Assembly: GCA_040954595.2 (NCBI GenBank)
Contig: CM082581.2
Span: 13,155,921 to 13,219,920 of the forward strand
Direction of reading: 5' to 3'
Source of the DNA: Balanoglossus misakiensis
Taxonomy: Eukaryota > Animalia > Hemichordata
Length of the DNA: 64,000 nt
Positions 1-12,130 of this stretch are shown here, one piece after another (the first letter of the stretch is position 1; each line of letters starts with the position of its first letter). Under the pieces are notes generated by a model, which was not told where the DNA came from, ran no database searches, and saw only the letters and a list, made by a program, of their open reading frames with translations. The position numbers were made by a program, and so were the translations under genes.

Positions 1-19
1 AATGTAGAAAGATACTTAC

Positions 20-3000
20 ATCATAAGGCAATTCTAAGGGAGATGAAATATCTGTCTTGTATAATTTCTTCTTTCCTCGTCTTTTGTCCTGTTGTGGCTG
101 TTGTCTGGGAGGTGAGTCTGGCTCTGTCGCACTGCCCCCAGTGGCAGCTTCCAGAATTTTCCTGGCTGAAGAGGAGGCAGTCGATGCTGAGTTTTATTTG
201 ACCAGTTGTCATGGAAATGCAGCGAATGAGGGACAGAATGCAGAGGTTGGGCGGAAATAAAGAAGACAGAACAGTAGACAGATAGTTAGGCATTTAGTGA
301 CAGCAAGCTGTGAGAGAGCAAGAGCCCACTTGGCCTTTCACCCCCAGTTCCCTCTATAGAGGTCCAGGTTTACCACAGAATGCAGTGGATTTGGACCAAA
401 CCATGGCGGTGAGAGGGTTAATGTCACCCGTCAGTGGAGTTTGTCTACTAAAGGTGTGTGTCTTGTGTGCATCTCTGCCACCCTCTCTCTCTCTTCCATC
501 TCTCTCTCTCTCATTACTCTCTCTATCCTTCTAACTACTTGAAACTATGCTAACAGTGCAGTTAGGAAAAATATTGCAAGGTGCAAGCATAGTAATAGTC
601 CAGACACACCATCACCCAACAGGAAAGATCTGCAGAAATCCAGATTGGCATGAGAGTGTTTGATAGAACTTTAGCTTTGCTTACCTGATTTACCAAATGG
701 TGAGTTCTGAATGTACTCTCCCAGTTTGGATAACGTGGTTTGTTCAGTCTTTATGTCTGTGTTCTCAATCTGCAGAGACAATCAATGTTTACATCATTTC
801 CTGTAATCCTCAAATTATTTGTGTTTGTGAAGTTCAAAACTGGAAGACAAAATCTGAATCAGATTCAGAGTGTGTGTTTTTGATCTTATACCTTTGATGG
901 GCTAAGAGGCGTTGCCGGCTCTGATTCAGATTCCTTAGCTGTTCTCCCTCTTCGTCGTCTTGTTTTGACCTGGGCACTGTCCACGTCCTGTTTCACATGC
1001 TTTGTGGTGTTCTCCTGCTCCTGTTATCACAAGTACAGCACACAAAGCGTGAGTACCACTCTATCAAAGTCTTCATGGTCAAACATCACAACTTACCAAA
1101 TAACCTTATGGCAGAAAGAGGGTTCAGATAACAAATTCATACCTCTTCATTTGGATCAGTGACTTTCCTCTTCCTGCTTCCCCTTGTCGCTCTGGTCGTC
1201 CGTTTCGTGGCTTTCTTCTGCAGCGGTGTGACGTCGATTTCCATGTGCAGCGATTGATTCTTGTCGTTTTCAAACACCGGAGCACTGATGGAATCATCAC
1301 TATGGGAGTGGGGTTCTTCCTTGATGGTTGTCTGGCTGACGGTCAACTTTTCACCCTCAGTTTCGCACTCCTCGGACTTGTCATGAGGCTGAAAAAAGAT
1401 AACATACAAAACACAAATGAGATCTGTTGTTCAAGTCCAATGTTGACCCTGTGAGATCATCAAGTGCAATACTTGCAATCACAATCTGTGATTATACAAA
1501 CAATACAAAGGAGGCAAAAAAAAAAAGAGTTAATTTTACCTGAAGAATTGACAGTTGAGATTGCAGTTGATTGTTTGCCCTTTTCAAATCTTCAATGATG
1601 AGATTTTTGGCTTCCACAGCTTTTTCCAGCTGACCTGAGGACTGCTTGCTATCAGTGTGTTGTGTGTGCAGCTGTAAGTCAAAGATGACAGAGGAGATGA
1701 GAGTTGGTGAGAAAAGATGATAGGCTGGAGATGGAGGATTGGCAAGCCAGTTATTTAGTTGAGACATTCATTGATGCCATTCATTGATTGAAGACTCACA
1801 TTGCCATATTTCCTTTGTTTCAACCCAAATTATACCACAGAGAGTCCAAAAGAATTTCTGGGCAAAGTCAAAATATGCGCTTTTGCTATCTATAGTCTTA
1901 GACCAAACATCCCCAATCCCTACCTGCTTCCTGAGAGTCTCAATTTCTTTGGCAAGATGATCATCACTGACAGATGCAGCGGTGCCCCTTCTTGACCTGG
2001 CACCTCGTGTCACTCGTCGCTTGTCTTCAACAGAGCTGGACATCTTCTCTAGATCGCTGACCTGACCCTGCAGCATGGAGATGACCTCCTCCTTCTCCTG
2101 GATTTTCTGCTCCAACTCCTCGACCTTCTCTGACTCATCGTCCGTCACATTCCCGGCCGACTCCTTCTCCAGCTGAGAAATCAACTCCTTGATGTGGGAG
2201 TCTTTCTCTGCAACCTGGTCTCGCAGTGACTTTTCATTCTTAAGGAGTGACTTCATCTCTTTTTCTAGAGCAGCCACCAGGCCATCCCTCTCCTCTCTCC
2301 ACTTCTTCAGCTCTGTCTCCTTCTTTTCTTCGGCTTCTTGAAGCAGTTGCTTCAGTTCTTCGACTTCTTGGCTGTTCTCACTTTCCCGTCTTGTTCTCTC
2401 GGCCAGCTTCCTTTCTGCCGCATCCCGAGCCTTCCGCACCTTTTCCAGTTCCGCCTTCCTGTCTTCAAGAACCTTTTCCAAGTCCTTCAAATCTTCTTGC
2501 AGATTTCTACTCTCCTCACTGAGTTTATCTTGTTCTGTGTCCCTTTCTCCTGACACTTTTCTGAGTTTTTCAAGTTCTTCGCTCAGTTCCTTGTTGGCAT
2601 CTTTGGATGTTTCGAGTTCCATCTTCATCTTCTGAAGGTCTGTTTCAGATTTCTTCATGGTTTTCTTCTGATCATTGGACGCTTTCAGCAAATTTGAATG
2701 TTTCTCCTGCAGCTGATCATAGTCTGGAACGGAAATGGGAAAATTAGGCAGCTGCAAATAGCTAAGATTCTGACTAAATTATTGCTAACATGGTACTAAA
2801 ATACGCTGACACAAAACATCTAACCTCTTCATTTATGACAACCATATGTAAGAAAATTGTGATTTACCATCATATATTTTCTTCAGCTCTTCTTCCTTGG
2901 TATTGAGCACAGCATCTTGCTGGGCCATGGTTGATTCCTGTTCCTCCATGGCACACTTCAGTGACTCAATGACCTGGTCATTCCTGGACACATCTATAAT

Positions 3001-6000
3001 GAAAGAAAAGGCAGTGACATGAACACTGCAAGAGTTGCTGTGATCTGATACAAGGCCATAAATCGGCAGTTGCGTGATTTCCTTTTCTTTAAAATAAAAT
3101 CGTGGCTGTTCTAAAGTGCACACCCAACTAACCTGTCTGTGCTAATGATAAGGCTTTACTCTGTTCGTCGTTTACTTTGTTAACCTCTTCGATTTTGCAC
3201 ATCAGTTTCTTAATTGTGGTTGCCTTACTTTTCAGTTTGTTGTCTCTATCTTCTAGGACCTTTTCGAGCTCTTCTACTTTGGTTTGGTGTTTCTTGTTTT
3301 CTTCCTGAATGTGGAAAATGCAGAGATTTACTTTTGGTATCTGCACAAAGTTGGGAGATGACAGGAGAGGGCTGATAAATATGAACTTTCTAACCCTTTT
3401 AGTTGGGTACAAATGATAAACAATTGTCGTCTATGGTATCAAGTTCAGATTGATCATTGCTGTATATGTATTGTGTATAATGCCCCCCAAAAACTTTGAA
3501 TCTCACCTTCAGTTTTGTGATACTGTCTTGATTGTCTAGAGTAACTTTGTGCTCATCTTGGTTCGATGCTTCCAGACCCTCAATCTTCTCTTCCAACTTT
3601 TCAATGGTTGCTGTGTGTTTGTCAATGGCATCGTTGCGTTCCTTGATGGTTCTGCACATTTGCTGCATCTCAAGTCTGGCTTCTTTTTCTCTTTCATTTG
3701 CCTGTCAGGGGAGTGGACAATTATTGAATGGTATGCTTCCATCTCATATCCTCATACTACAATTTACAAGACAAAACTGTCAACACTGACACAAAAAAGG
3801 TTTATTTCAGGTAGATGAGATCCATAGTAAAATCACAAACCTTTTCCAGATCTTTACAGAGCTCTTCCTGATTTTGAATTGATGCCTTTGTTCTTTCTAG
3901 ATCCTGCAAAGATATGTACACAAAATGCAAACATGAGTTGAAAGGAATTTTTTTGAAACACAAGTGTGAAAACAAAGCAAAAAAGCAAGTAATACACACC
4001 TTCTTCAGTTGACTGATGACATGATCCTTTCTACCACAATCCTTAGCAAACTCCTCATTCGCCTTGCTCAGGTCATCCTGCAGACTTGTCTTCTCCGTTG
4101 TCATGACACCCAGCTTCTCCTGTAAGGCACTCAGCTGCGTCTCCATCACTGCATATTTGCTGGACAGCTGATCGTACTCAGAAACACCACTCTGTAGTTG
4201 ACTGTTCAGATGGTCAATTTCAGAAATCTTCTTATCTAGTTCTTCCTGCATCTTGTGAAGTCTTTCATTGCCAGCTCCTTTCTGTGAGTTCATCTTGTCC
4301 ACTTCTGCCTTCAATTCCCTTACTTGCCCTTCCAAAGATTGGATCTCAGCAACTTTCTCTTCTGATTTAAACAAGTTCTCCTCATTCATCTCTCGTATCT
4401 TATTCTCATGCTGCTTTGTAAGTGATGCGACTTCACTCTCCAGTTTATCTTGGCCTGCTGCAAGTTCCTTCTCAAGTTTCTCTACATTTTCCTTCTCTTT
4501 CTTCAAAGATTCTTCCAGGGTCTTCATCTCTTCTCTGTTACTTTTCAAGTCTTTCTTCAGCTGGGATTCTTTTGCCTTGGTATCCTTCTGTTGTTTTTCA
4601 GCATTCTTTTCAATTGTCTTTGCTGTCTCCTCCCACTTCTTCAACTGCTCTCGCAACCTCTTGACGCTATCTTCTTGTTCTTTAACCCGCTCTTCTGCTT
4701 GTCTCAGGTTTCTGTTTGCCCCACGGAGTTCTTTCTTGAGCTCGCTATCCTTCATCTTCATTTGGTTGAATTCCTTTTCCTCAGCCTTCAGATGCTCACA
4801 TTCTTTCTTCAGGATTGCTTCTCTATCCACTGTCTCCTTGAGTTCTTTCTCAAGGTTGTTCACCTGCTCCTTGAGTGAGTTTACTTCTTTTTGCAGGGTC
4901 TTTGCGTGTTCGTCTGAAGACGCCAAATTTGTCTGAAGGGTCTCTTCCTGCACCTTGGCATTTTTCACAGTTTCTTCAAACTCTGCCAGTTGCTGTTCCA
5001 TTGTCTTTCTGTCTTCCTCAAGCTTCGAAGCTCTTTCCTCAGCTGTCTTCTGCTGGCCGCCAGTGATTTCTAACTCTCTCTTCAACTGCTCCTCTGCATT
5101 CTTCGCCAATTCAAGACTACCTTCAAGCTCCTGGACTTTATCTCCTAATTTCCCCAACTCCAGTTTCATTTCTTGGGCAGACTCTAGATCTCTCATTAAT
5201 TTCTCAATCTCTCCTTCCTGTCTTTCCACCTTTTCAGTGACCATCTTGTGGTGGCTAATAGCATCCTCAAGTTCTTTTTTCAACTCTTCTTCAACCTTCT
5301 TGGAAGACTGAAGCACGCCCTCAAGCTCTTTCACCTTCTTGGATTCCTCTTCCAGCTTCTCTGTTGTTTCTGTCTGCATGTTCTTCACCAAATCTTCCTT
5401 CTCTCTCTCACGCCTTTGAACCATCTCTTCAGCTGCTGCTAGTGCGTCCGTTACAGACTGCAATTTCTCTTTCACCACCTCACTCTCCTTCCTGGTGTCA
5501 TTCAACTGTTCTTCTAGGTCTTTGATCTTGTCTGACTTCACCAGTATCTCCTGTTTCATTTCATCTACAGCTTCGGCAGAGTTCTTCTCCAGCTCTGCGA
5601 ATCTGCTCTGGACAGTCTGAAGCTTCTCTTCAAGGGCGAGGTCCGCAGTGTCTTCCATCCTGCAATTGCAAGCAGCTGCTGCCTCGGCTTTGTCAAGTGC
5701 CTCTTTCAGCTCTTCTTCCTTTTCTGCCAGTTTCTTTTGATATTCTTGGATCTCGGTTTGGGATCCACTGATCTCCTTCTGGAACTCCTTGGCTTTCTCG
5801 GTGGCCTCTGCAAGCAGCTGACTCAACTCTCCCACCTTTGCCATAGAGACAGCCTTCTCCTCTTCCAACTCGCTGGAATTCTTCACCAATTGCTGTACCC
5901 TGCTCTGGAGGACTTTCACGTCAGACTTGACCTCACTGTGCTTTTTCTTCTCTCGTTCTAAATCTGCGGTCAACTCCTTTTCCTGTTTGTTCATCTGCTC

Positions 6001-9000
6001 CAGGAAGCTTTCATGGTCATTCAGAGCCGTCTCATACTCCTTGATACTGGCCTCTAGCTTCTGGGTCTTGCCTTGCTCTTCTTTGGCAGCACTGATCATC
6101 TGAGTTACCTTCTGTTGAAGTTTGTCATTTTCTTCCTTCAAGTTTGCAATTTCCACAGATTTGTCATCATCAGATTGCAGAGATTGGTCTTCCAAGTCTT
6201 GACTCTTCTTCTTTGCAACTGCAAGCTCTGCTTCCAGGTTTTGAACCTTCTCTTCCCAATCTTTCACACATTTTTCATTTTCAGCACTGACCTTCTTCAG
6301 TTTCTCCTGACTCTGGTGGAAATTTGCTCTTGCTTTTGCCAGCTTTTCTTCCAAATGTTCTGCTTTAATCTGCATCTCATTGAATTCAAACACAGCAGTG
6401 CAATCGGTTGTTGGAGCCTTCATTTCAAATTCCTCAATTGTGTCCCTGGCTTGTTTTAAGTTGGCCTCCAGTTTTTCAATTTTCTTTATCAAGACCTCAT
6501 TTTCATCTACAGATTTCTGCTTTGATGTGCGTGTTTTGCTTTTTTCTTGGTTCTTTTTCAGGGCTGCGACTTCCGCTGCCTTGCTTTCAAGACTGGTCTT
6601 TGTCTCTTCAAGTTGACTTTGCAGTGAGGTTAGCTGGTTTCTTATATCAGCATTATTGCTTTCTGATGTTTCTGAGAATAAAGAAAAGATGATGAGAAAT
6701 TTGTCATTTTCCTATACTTTAAAAAAAATGTCAACGTCCGTAAAGGTCTGAAGTTTCTCTTCAAATGGAAGTCAAGATTACCTTTCATTGATGCAAGTTG
6801 TTGCTCTACTTCTTGTATGTGCTTGTCTCTATTTTGCAATTTCATTTTTGCTTCTCCGACCACTTTGGTGCTCTCTTCCATCTGTTCTTCCAGTACCTTT
6901 ATTGCCTCATCCTGATAAGAAACAAAACAAACCAGGAAATAAATACTGGATATCTTGAATTGCTTATTAATCATTTATAAATATCCAAGTATAGGCAACA
7001 TAAAAACTAGAGTCACAAAACCAGAAAAGTCATACCTGAATTTTCATTTTATCCTCATACTCAGCAATGGCCATCTTCAACTGTTCTATTTCAGAATTCT
7101 TTTGGTGGAATGTCTCGCCTGCTTCTGTGAGCATTTCCTGCAGTTCAGTGATTTCATTCTGCTGTGACAGAATGGTCTCTTTATAGTCACTGATCTGTTC
7201 CATCAGCCCAGTCACCTTAGAATCAACGGGAGTAGCTGGGGGTTCAACATTTTGTTGCTGTTCTCGCAGTTTCTCTTTCATGTCTTGGACGTCTTCATTC
7301 AGAGCGCTGACAAGGGTTGTAAGCTCACTGATCTTTGCATCCCTTTCCTGGAGAGAAGAGGCAAAGGGAAATCAGGGAATCACTGGAGAAGCAACAGCTA
7401 GAATAATACCAGTTTCTCTTCGGGGTTGTTTGTATATCTGAGATGATAATTATTGTGCATATTTGTTCACAGCACCTTATGGCAAACTCGTTTTGCCAAC
7501 TCATTTCATCAGATGTGTGGGTAATCACAAATGCTCAAGTAACACCAAGAAGAACATTCAAAGACTCCAAAGAATTGATCTATGGCAGCTAAAGATTTAT
7601 AATTTTGAGGGGAATTGCAGGAGTTAGTTTCATTTGATGACACGGACCTGAACTTTGGTCTGCTCTGCATGAAGTAAAACACTGGACACCCACTCCTCTT
7701 CTTCATCATCCATTGTGGCAAGCCTGGCTCGTTTGAGAGTCTTCTTGACTGACTTGGTGTACAATTCGATTCGCTTGTCATACTTCTCCTCAATATTGAA
7801 TCTGTCTTCCATCAGCCTCTCACTAAAGATCAAAACAAAAACACCTTGCATTAGTTTATTCCACGCAAAATGCTGATTCAGTGTTTTATCATATAATTTT
7901 GTCTAAAATGCATTTTTTGAGGTTTTTAAATTACTTTACCAGCATTACCTGTAAGTGTTCTCGATATCAACCAAGTTCTGTGCCATTTCCTGGCACACTT
8001 CTTCTCTGATCTTGGCTTCCATGATAATCACCTCTTGCTTGGAGCTGATCAGTTCTCTCTTTAGAGTCTCTATAATAGACATCAGTTCCTGGTGGAAAAA
8101 TTTTCAGTATTAGAATGGACATTAAGTATACAGTCATCAAAAGATAGCGTGGCAAGACTTGAAGCAAGGCTGTTCTGGTGCCATAGTGCCGTTCACTTTC
8201 TAATTCGATTCTAAACTCACTGTGACTTCCTCGCTGTGTTTTCTGTCTTGGTTGTCAACGACAACACTCTCCTCCAGAATCTCGTCGTCCTCCTCCTCAT
8301 TTTCCTCATCAATGACGATCTCCTCAATGTGCCTTTTGGATGCATTGTGAGCAGGAGTGGCCCAGCCCATGGTTTCTCTGGTTCTAAATTCCTGGTTGAT
8401 AGCCAGTGAGATATTACGGGCTGGTGCTGGTTTGGGAAGACTCAACTCTTTCCACTTGTTGTCAAGTTTTGAGGTAACTGTGGTAACCTGAAAGGCAAAT
8501 TTAATTAATGTGTCTTACTTTTCAGGTGCAGAATGACTTCCAGCTAGTGTCTGTGTTTGATTCATACATACATATATTAAATTAGACACACAAAAGTTTA
8601 TGGTAAAGTATTTTGGAATTTATATTTAATCAATCACATGGTTACAGAAAATTGCCATGTACATCGACTTACCTGTTTTGCAATGGCAGAAAACTTCAAG
8701 ACATGCATGGTTTCATCAAAAACGGAGGCACACTGGTTGACATTGACAATCATCGATGCCTTGCCTTTACCCAAGAAGAAACTTTGAAATAACCGGGTCA
8801 GTTTGCTTTCTCGGAAGGGTATTATTTTGGGTTGTGTTCTGAAATTATAAAATAAAAGTTGAAGAATAAGAAATTAAAGTTAGTAGTAACACCACAAAAA
8901 AACTTACTACATGTCAATTTCACACATGACTTGGAGAAGATTAAGGCAACTTACTTTGGGTGATTTTGATTGTATCTGAGTGTAGTGATACACTTTCCAA

Positions 9001-11481
9001 GTGTCAGAAGTGATGTGTTGATGTTGCCTGCTTCTTTCAGTCGCTCTCCTGTATTCTGGGTCTTGGTGTAGCGTTCAGAGCCAGCCAAGTCACAGAAAGA
9101 CAATCTGGAGAACAAATTTAATATAGTGGATTGGGTCAGGATATAACAAGATTTCCAATACCTTTCATAATATATGGGACGTATGATGTAGTAATACTGT
9201 TGGTAGAATTTGAATGCATGGAGAACATAATGGCACTGCTTGTTGATCCCACAACTATTTCAGATACAGTTGTTGCACCACTAGTTGTGGATGTTAATAG
9301 CTGGCATACAAATACTGGTACACTTACTTGCTCACCCTTGCTACATGTGGATCTTGGATATCCACAACTCGGAGTACCTTGATACTGAAGATGCAATGAC
9401 TGTAAATGATATCAGAAAATATGACAAAATAAGAATTGGTTTAGACAAAACATTTTCAGCAATTTAATTAGTTACGATGAACTTCTCATGGTATCTATTT
9501 CTTAGAGATCTCTGCAATGTCTTGGAAATACCCACCTTCTACTAGAACAGTGATTCAGCTTCGTCGAAGCCATTCTCAAATTTTTCTGACCAATGGTCAA
9601 AATCTTATATGCTTCATCTGCATTGCTAACGTGAATCTCTTTCAGTCCTAGACATGTAGAACAAAGAGAGAGAATTAAACGGTGGGGAAAAATCTATCAA
9701 AGCCACACCTTCACATAAAGAAACCTTGCAACAAAGTTGCTACTGGGGTATAGTGCAAATCAGAATGAAACACTGAATATGATTTTGTACTGTGCACTCT
9801 CACCCTTGATGTAAATGCTGCCATGTTTGTCTTCAGACAACTTCAGAGTCTGTCTCCTGGCTTTCTTTCCCTTGGGAATCGGATCCAGCAAGTCATAGAT
9901 GTACTCGTTGTAGATTTCAGCAAAGGACACCCACACAGAAAACTTAATGGGTCCCTGAGCCTCCACATCTACAGATGTATCATCGGGTACACGGGATAGA
10001 ATTTCCTCTATGATACTGTTCATACCTGTTGCAAAAAGGGTAGCAGTAAAGTGTCAGAACAAAATAAGTGAAACCCCATCAACCATTTCAGTTTAACTTT
10101 CTAGGAATCAAAAGTACCAAAAGCTTCCTTATAATTGATGTTCAAAAGTTTGTGAGTCAGTTCCTGGCAGTTTACCTTCTCCATCTTTGGTAGTTTCGTC
10201 CATTACAATATTGGTGTTGTTAATGACGCTAGATTCATCAGCGTTGGTGGTTATGTTGGACGTCCGCGAAGCATCTGATTCAGACACCATACTGCTTCCG
10301 TCAACATCCTGTGATTGGGAGAATGGCAAAGTTTGTAAATGACCATCAGTCTTGTCTCTCTACCACTGAATTAAAACAATCCAAGCCCCATACAGAAATT
10401 TTCACAGAACATACATATATAATTGGACATGGTGTTTTATATATGTAATTTTTGGCTCAGAAAGTTTTCAGCTTCACATTGTAAATAAAAACAATGAGAA
10501 ATCTGTGTTTCCACAGCAATTGTACCTGCTTGCAAGATTGTTCCTCAACTTGCTTTAGTAGATTATTCTTGATTTCTTCATCCTTCAGCATCTGTTTCTC
10601 ACTCAGCTTGACGACATCAGAGAATGCCCTGGGTTTCAAATTCAGTTTCTCATACTGCTTGCCTTCAATACTGTTGAATACGACATCCAACGACCTGGGC
10701 AGTATTCCACCGTCTGTTGGGGCACCTATGTGCAACATTAAAAAATGTTATTACAGTAATTCAGTCATATTGTCTGTCGTGGTATAACACTACAGTTTTT
10801 TTCAAACATTTAATTTTGCTAACACAGTCACATAAGTTGGTGCATCTTCCCATTACCTTGAATTGTGTATGTTTTTCCAGCATTGGTCACACCATAGGTA
10901 AATATCAGGCAGTTCTGGCCATCGACAAAATCCTTAACCAGACCCAACATGGTGTTATCAAAGAACGTCTTCTGGCTTGTTTCAGGTCCAAAAATGTTGG
11001 TAAACGTATATTTGTGGCTCATTTCTGAGTGCATTCTAACAGAGTTCTTGAACATGAAGCTGTCTCTCGGTGCTTTCATGATGCATTCATTTGGGTTGTC
11101 AATACTCATACAGTCCTGTGTGATAAATGGGAAAAAATTGTAATGTTAGTCTTTTGCTGCTCCTTTGTCTGAAAAATCTCACATAAGAAGGATATTTCGA
11201 ATGTACTCCAGGGTCATGATGATTGAATACCTGAATGTCAAGCGTTTCCTTACCTGAGATTCACCATCAGTAATCTCCTTTTCTGTAAATGGCCTGACCC
11301 TAAGGTACACTTTCATATGCTCTCTGGAATGTTCCACACTCTGGCGAGTAAGTTTCATAGGGGTGGCCTCTATGTTGTCAAAGAGGTCCTTACGAACAAT
11401 GGAATCTACCTCAATCACATCATCAAAATTTTCGGTCGGGTCTTCACCATCAGAAAGCTCTGTGTTAGTCTGATCAGCCAT
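20..11481 (-). CDS. KIF20B: Kinesin-6 family motor, KIF20B/MPP1-like; about 25 coding exons, 3' end lies beyond the left window edge
   Basis: ATG at 11481. Motor motifs [10 protein letters not shown]-loop [16 protein letters not shown] and CDLAGSER; long loop-6 insertion typical of KIF20A/B; very long coiled-coil stalk including a ~2.67 kb exon (4000-6671). The C-terminal [12 protein letters not shown]...[12 protein letters not shown] resembles the KIF20B tail. GT-AG junctions keep frame; donor GTAAGT at 19-14 shows the gene continues. Confidence 0.9.
330..421. mobile_element. ~92-bp MITE-like element with terminal inverted repeats (copy 1, in a KIF20B intron)
   Basis: Ends (tt)ggcctttcacc...ggtgagagggttaa; aligns end to end with 28878-28969. 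Confidence 0.75.
482..531. repeat. Imperfect (CT)n microsatellite
   Basis: ctctctctctcttccatctctctctctctcattactctctct read directly. Confidence 0.85.
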
Positions 11482-11828
11482 GCTTGAAATTTTTTTCAGA
11501 TACTGAAATGGAAATGTTTTTTTTTTTTAGTATTTTATCAGGATGTGTGATGTAAAAGCTGATGCTTTCAAGGCATGAGGATGTTCTCTTTCAGAGCAAA
11601 GTACACTTGTCTTGGCAAATAATAATAAAGCCAAGTCCAGCACAATTGTTTTCTTCTGCCAGACCATCTCTTCAGTTCACGTGTAGACAATTGAAAGAAA
11701 TCTTCACCCATCACGAAATAAATAACCCCACAGCACTGAACTGAAGAGCTAGTCACCGCCCATTCACAAGGAGTCACGACATTCTATGGATGCAGGTACG
11801 AATATTTACCAAGCTGTAACCTACTTAC

Positions 11829-12130
11829 GGTACAAACTGTATTCCTTGGTTTATAAAGATGTGATATTCTGTGTTCTTTCCCGAATTTAGTAGAAAATTC
11901 ACGATAATTCAAGTGTAAATCGGTTGTGATATGGACAACAACTTTCGTATTTACCGCTTTCCTTGTAAAGAGTACAGTTTGAAATTAGCCAATCAGAAAC
12001 TTCGAACTGGTCTTTACAAACCGGAAACAGAAGTCAAGTTTTTCTTGCTCTATCTCAAAAGGATTTTGATTGGCTGGCAGCTGCAGTCGTGATCACTGCC
12101 CTCAAGTGTCAGTACATGAAATGTACGAAG
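11829..12130. promoter_or_regulatory. Bidirectional promoter region KIF20B(-)/RPP30(+), including a non-coding KIF20B first exon
   Basis: Minus-strand donor GTAAGT at 11828-11823 and an acceptor at ~11503 just upstream of the KIF20B ATG. CHR-like TTTGAA 11978-11983 and TTCGAA 12001-12006, CCAAT 11989-11993, ATTGG 12069-12073, ETS-like ACCGGAAA 12020-12027. Confidence 0.65.

Noticed and set aside
3802-6492. 896-aa ORF as an independent myosin/golgin-like gene
   Set aside because: It is bounded by in-phase splice sites (acceptor ~6672, donor ~3999) and joins the kinesin motor to the KIF20B-type tail.
4268-6692. Many plus-strand ORFs (up to 222 aa) rich in Ser/Phe/Leu
   Set aside because: They are antisense shadows of the Glu/Lys-rich KIF20B coiled-coil exon; the same applies to 40038-40799 over INPP5F.
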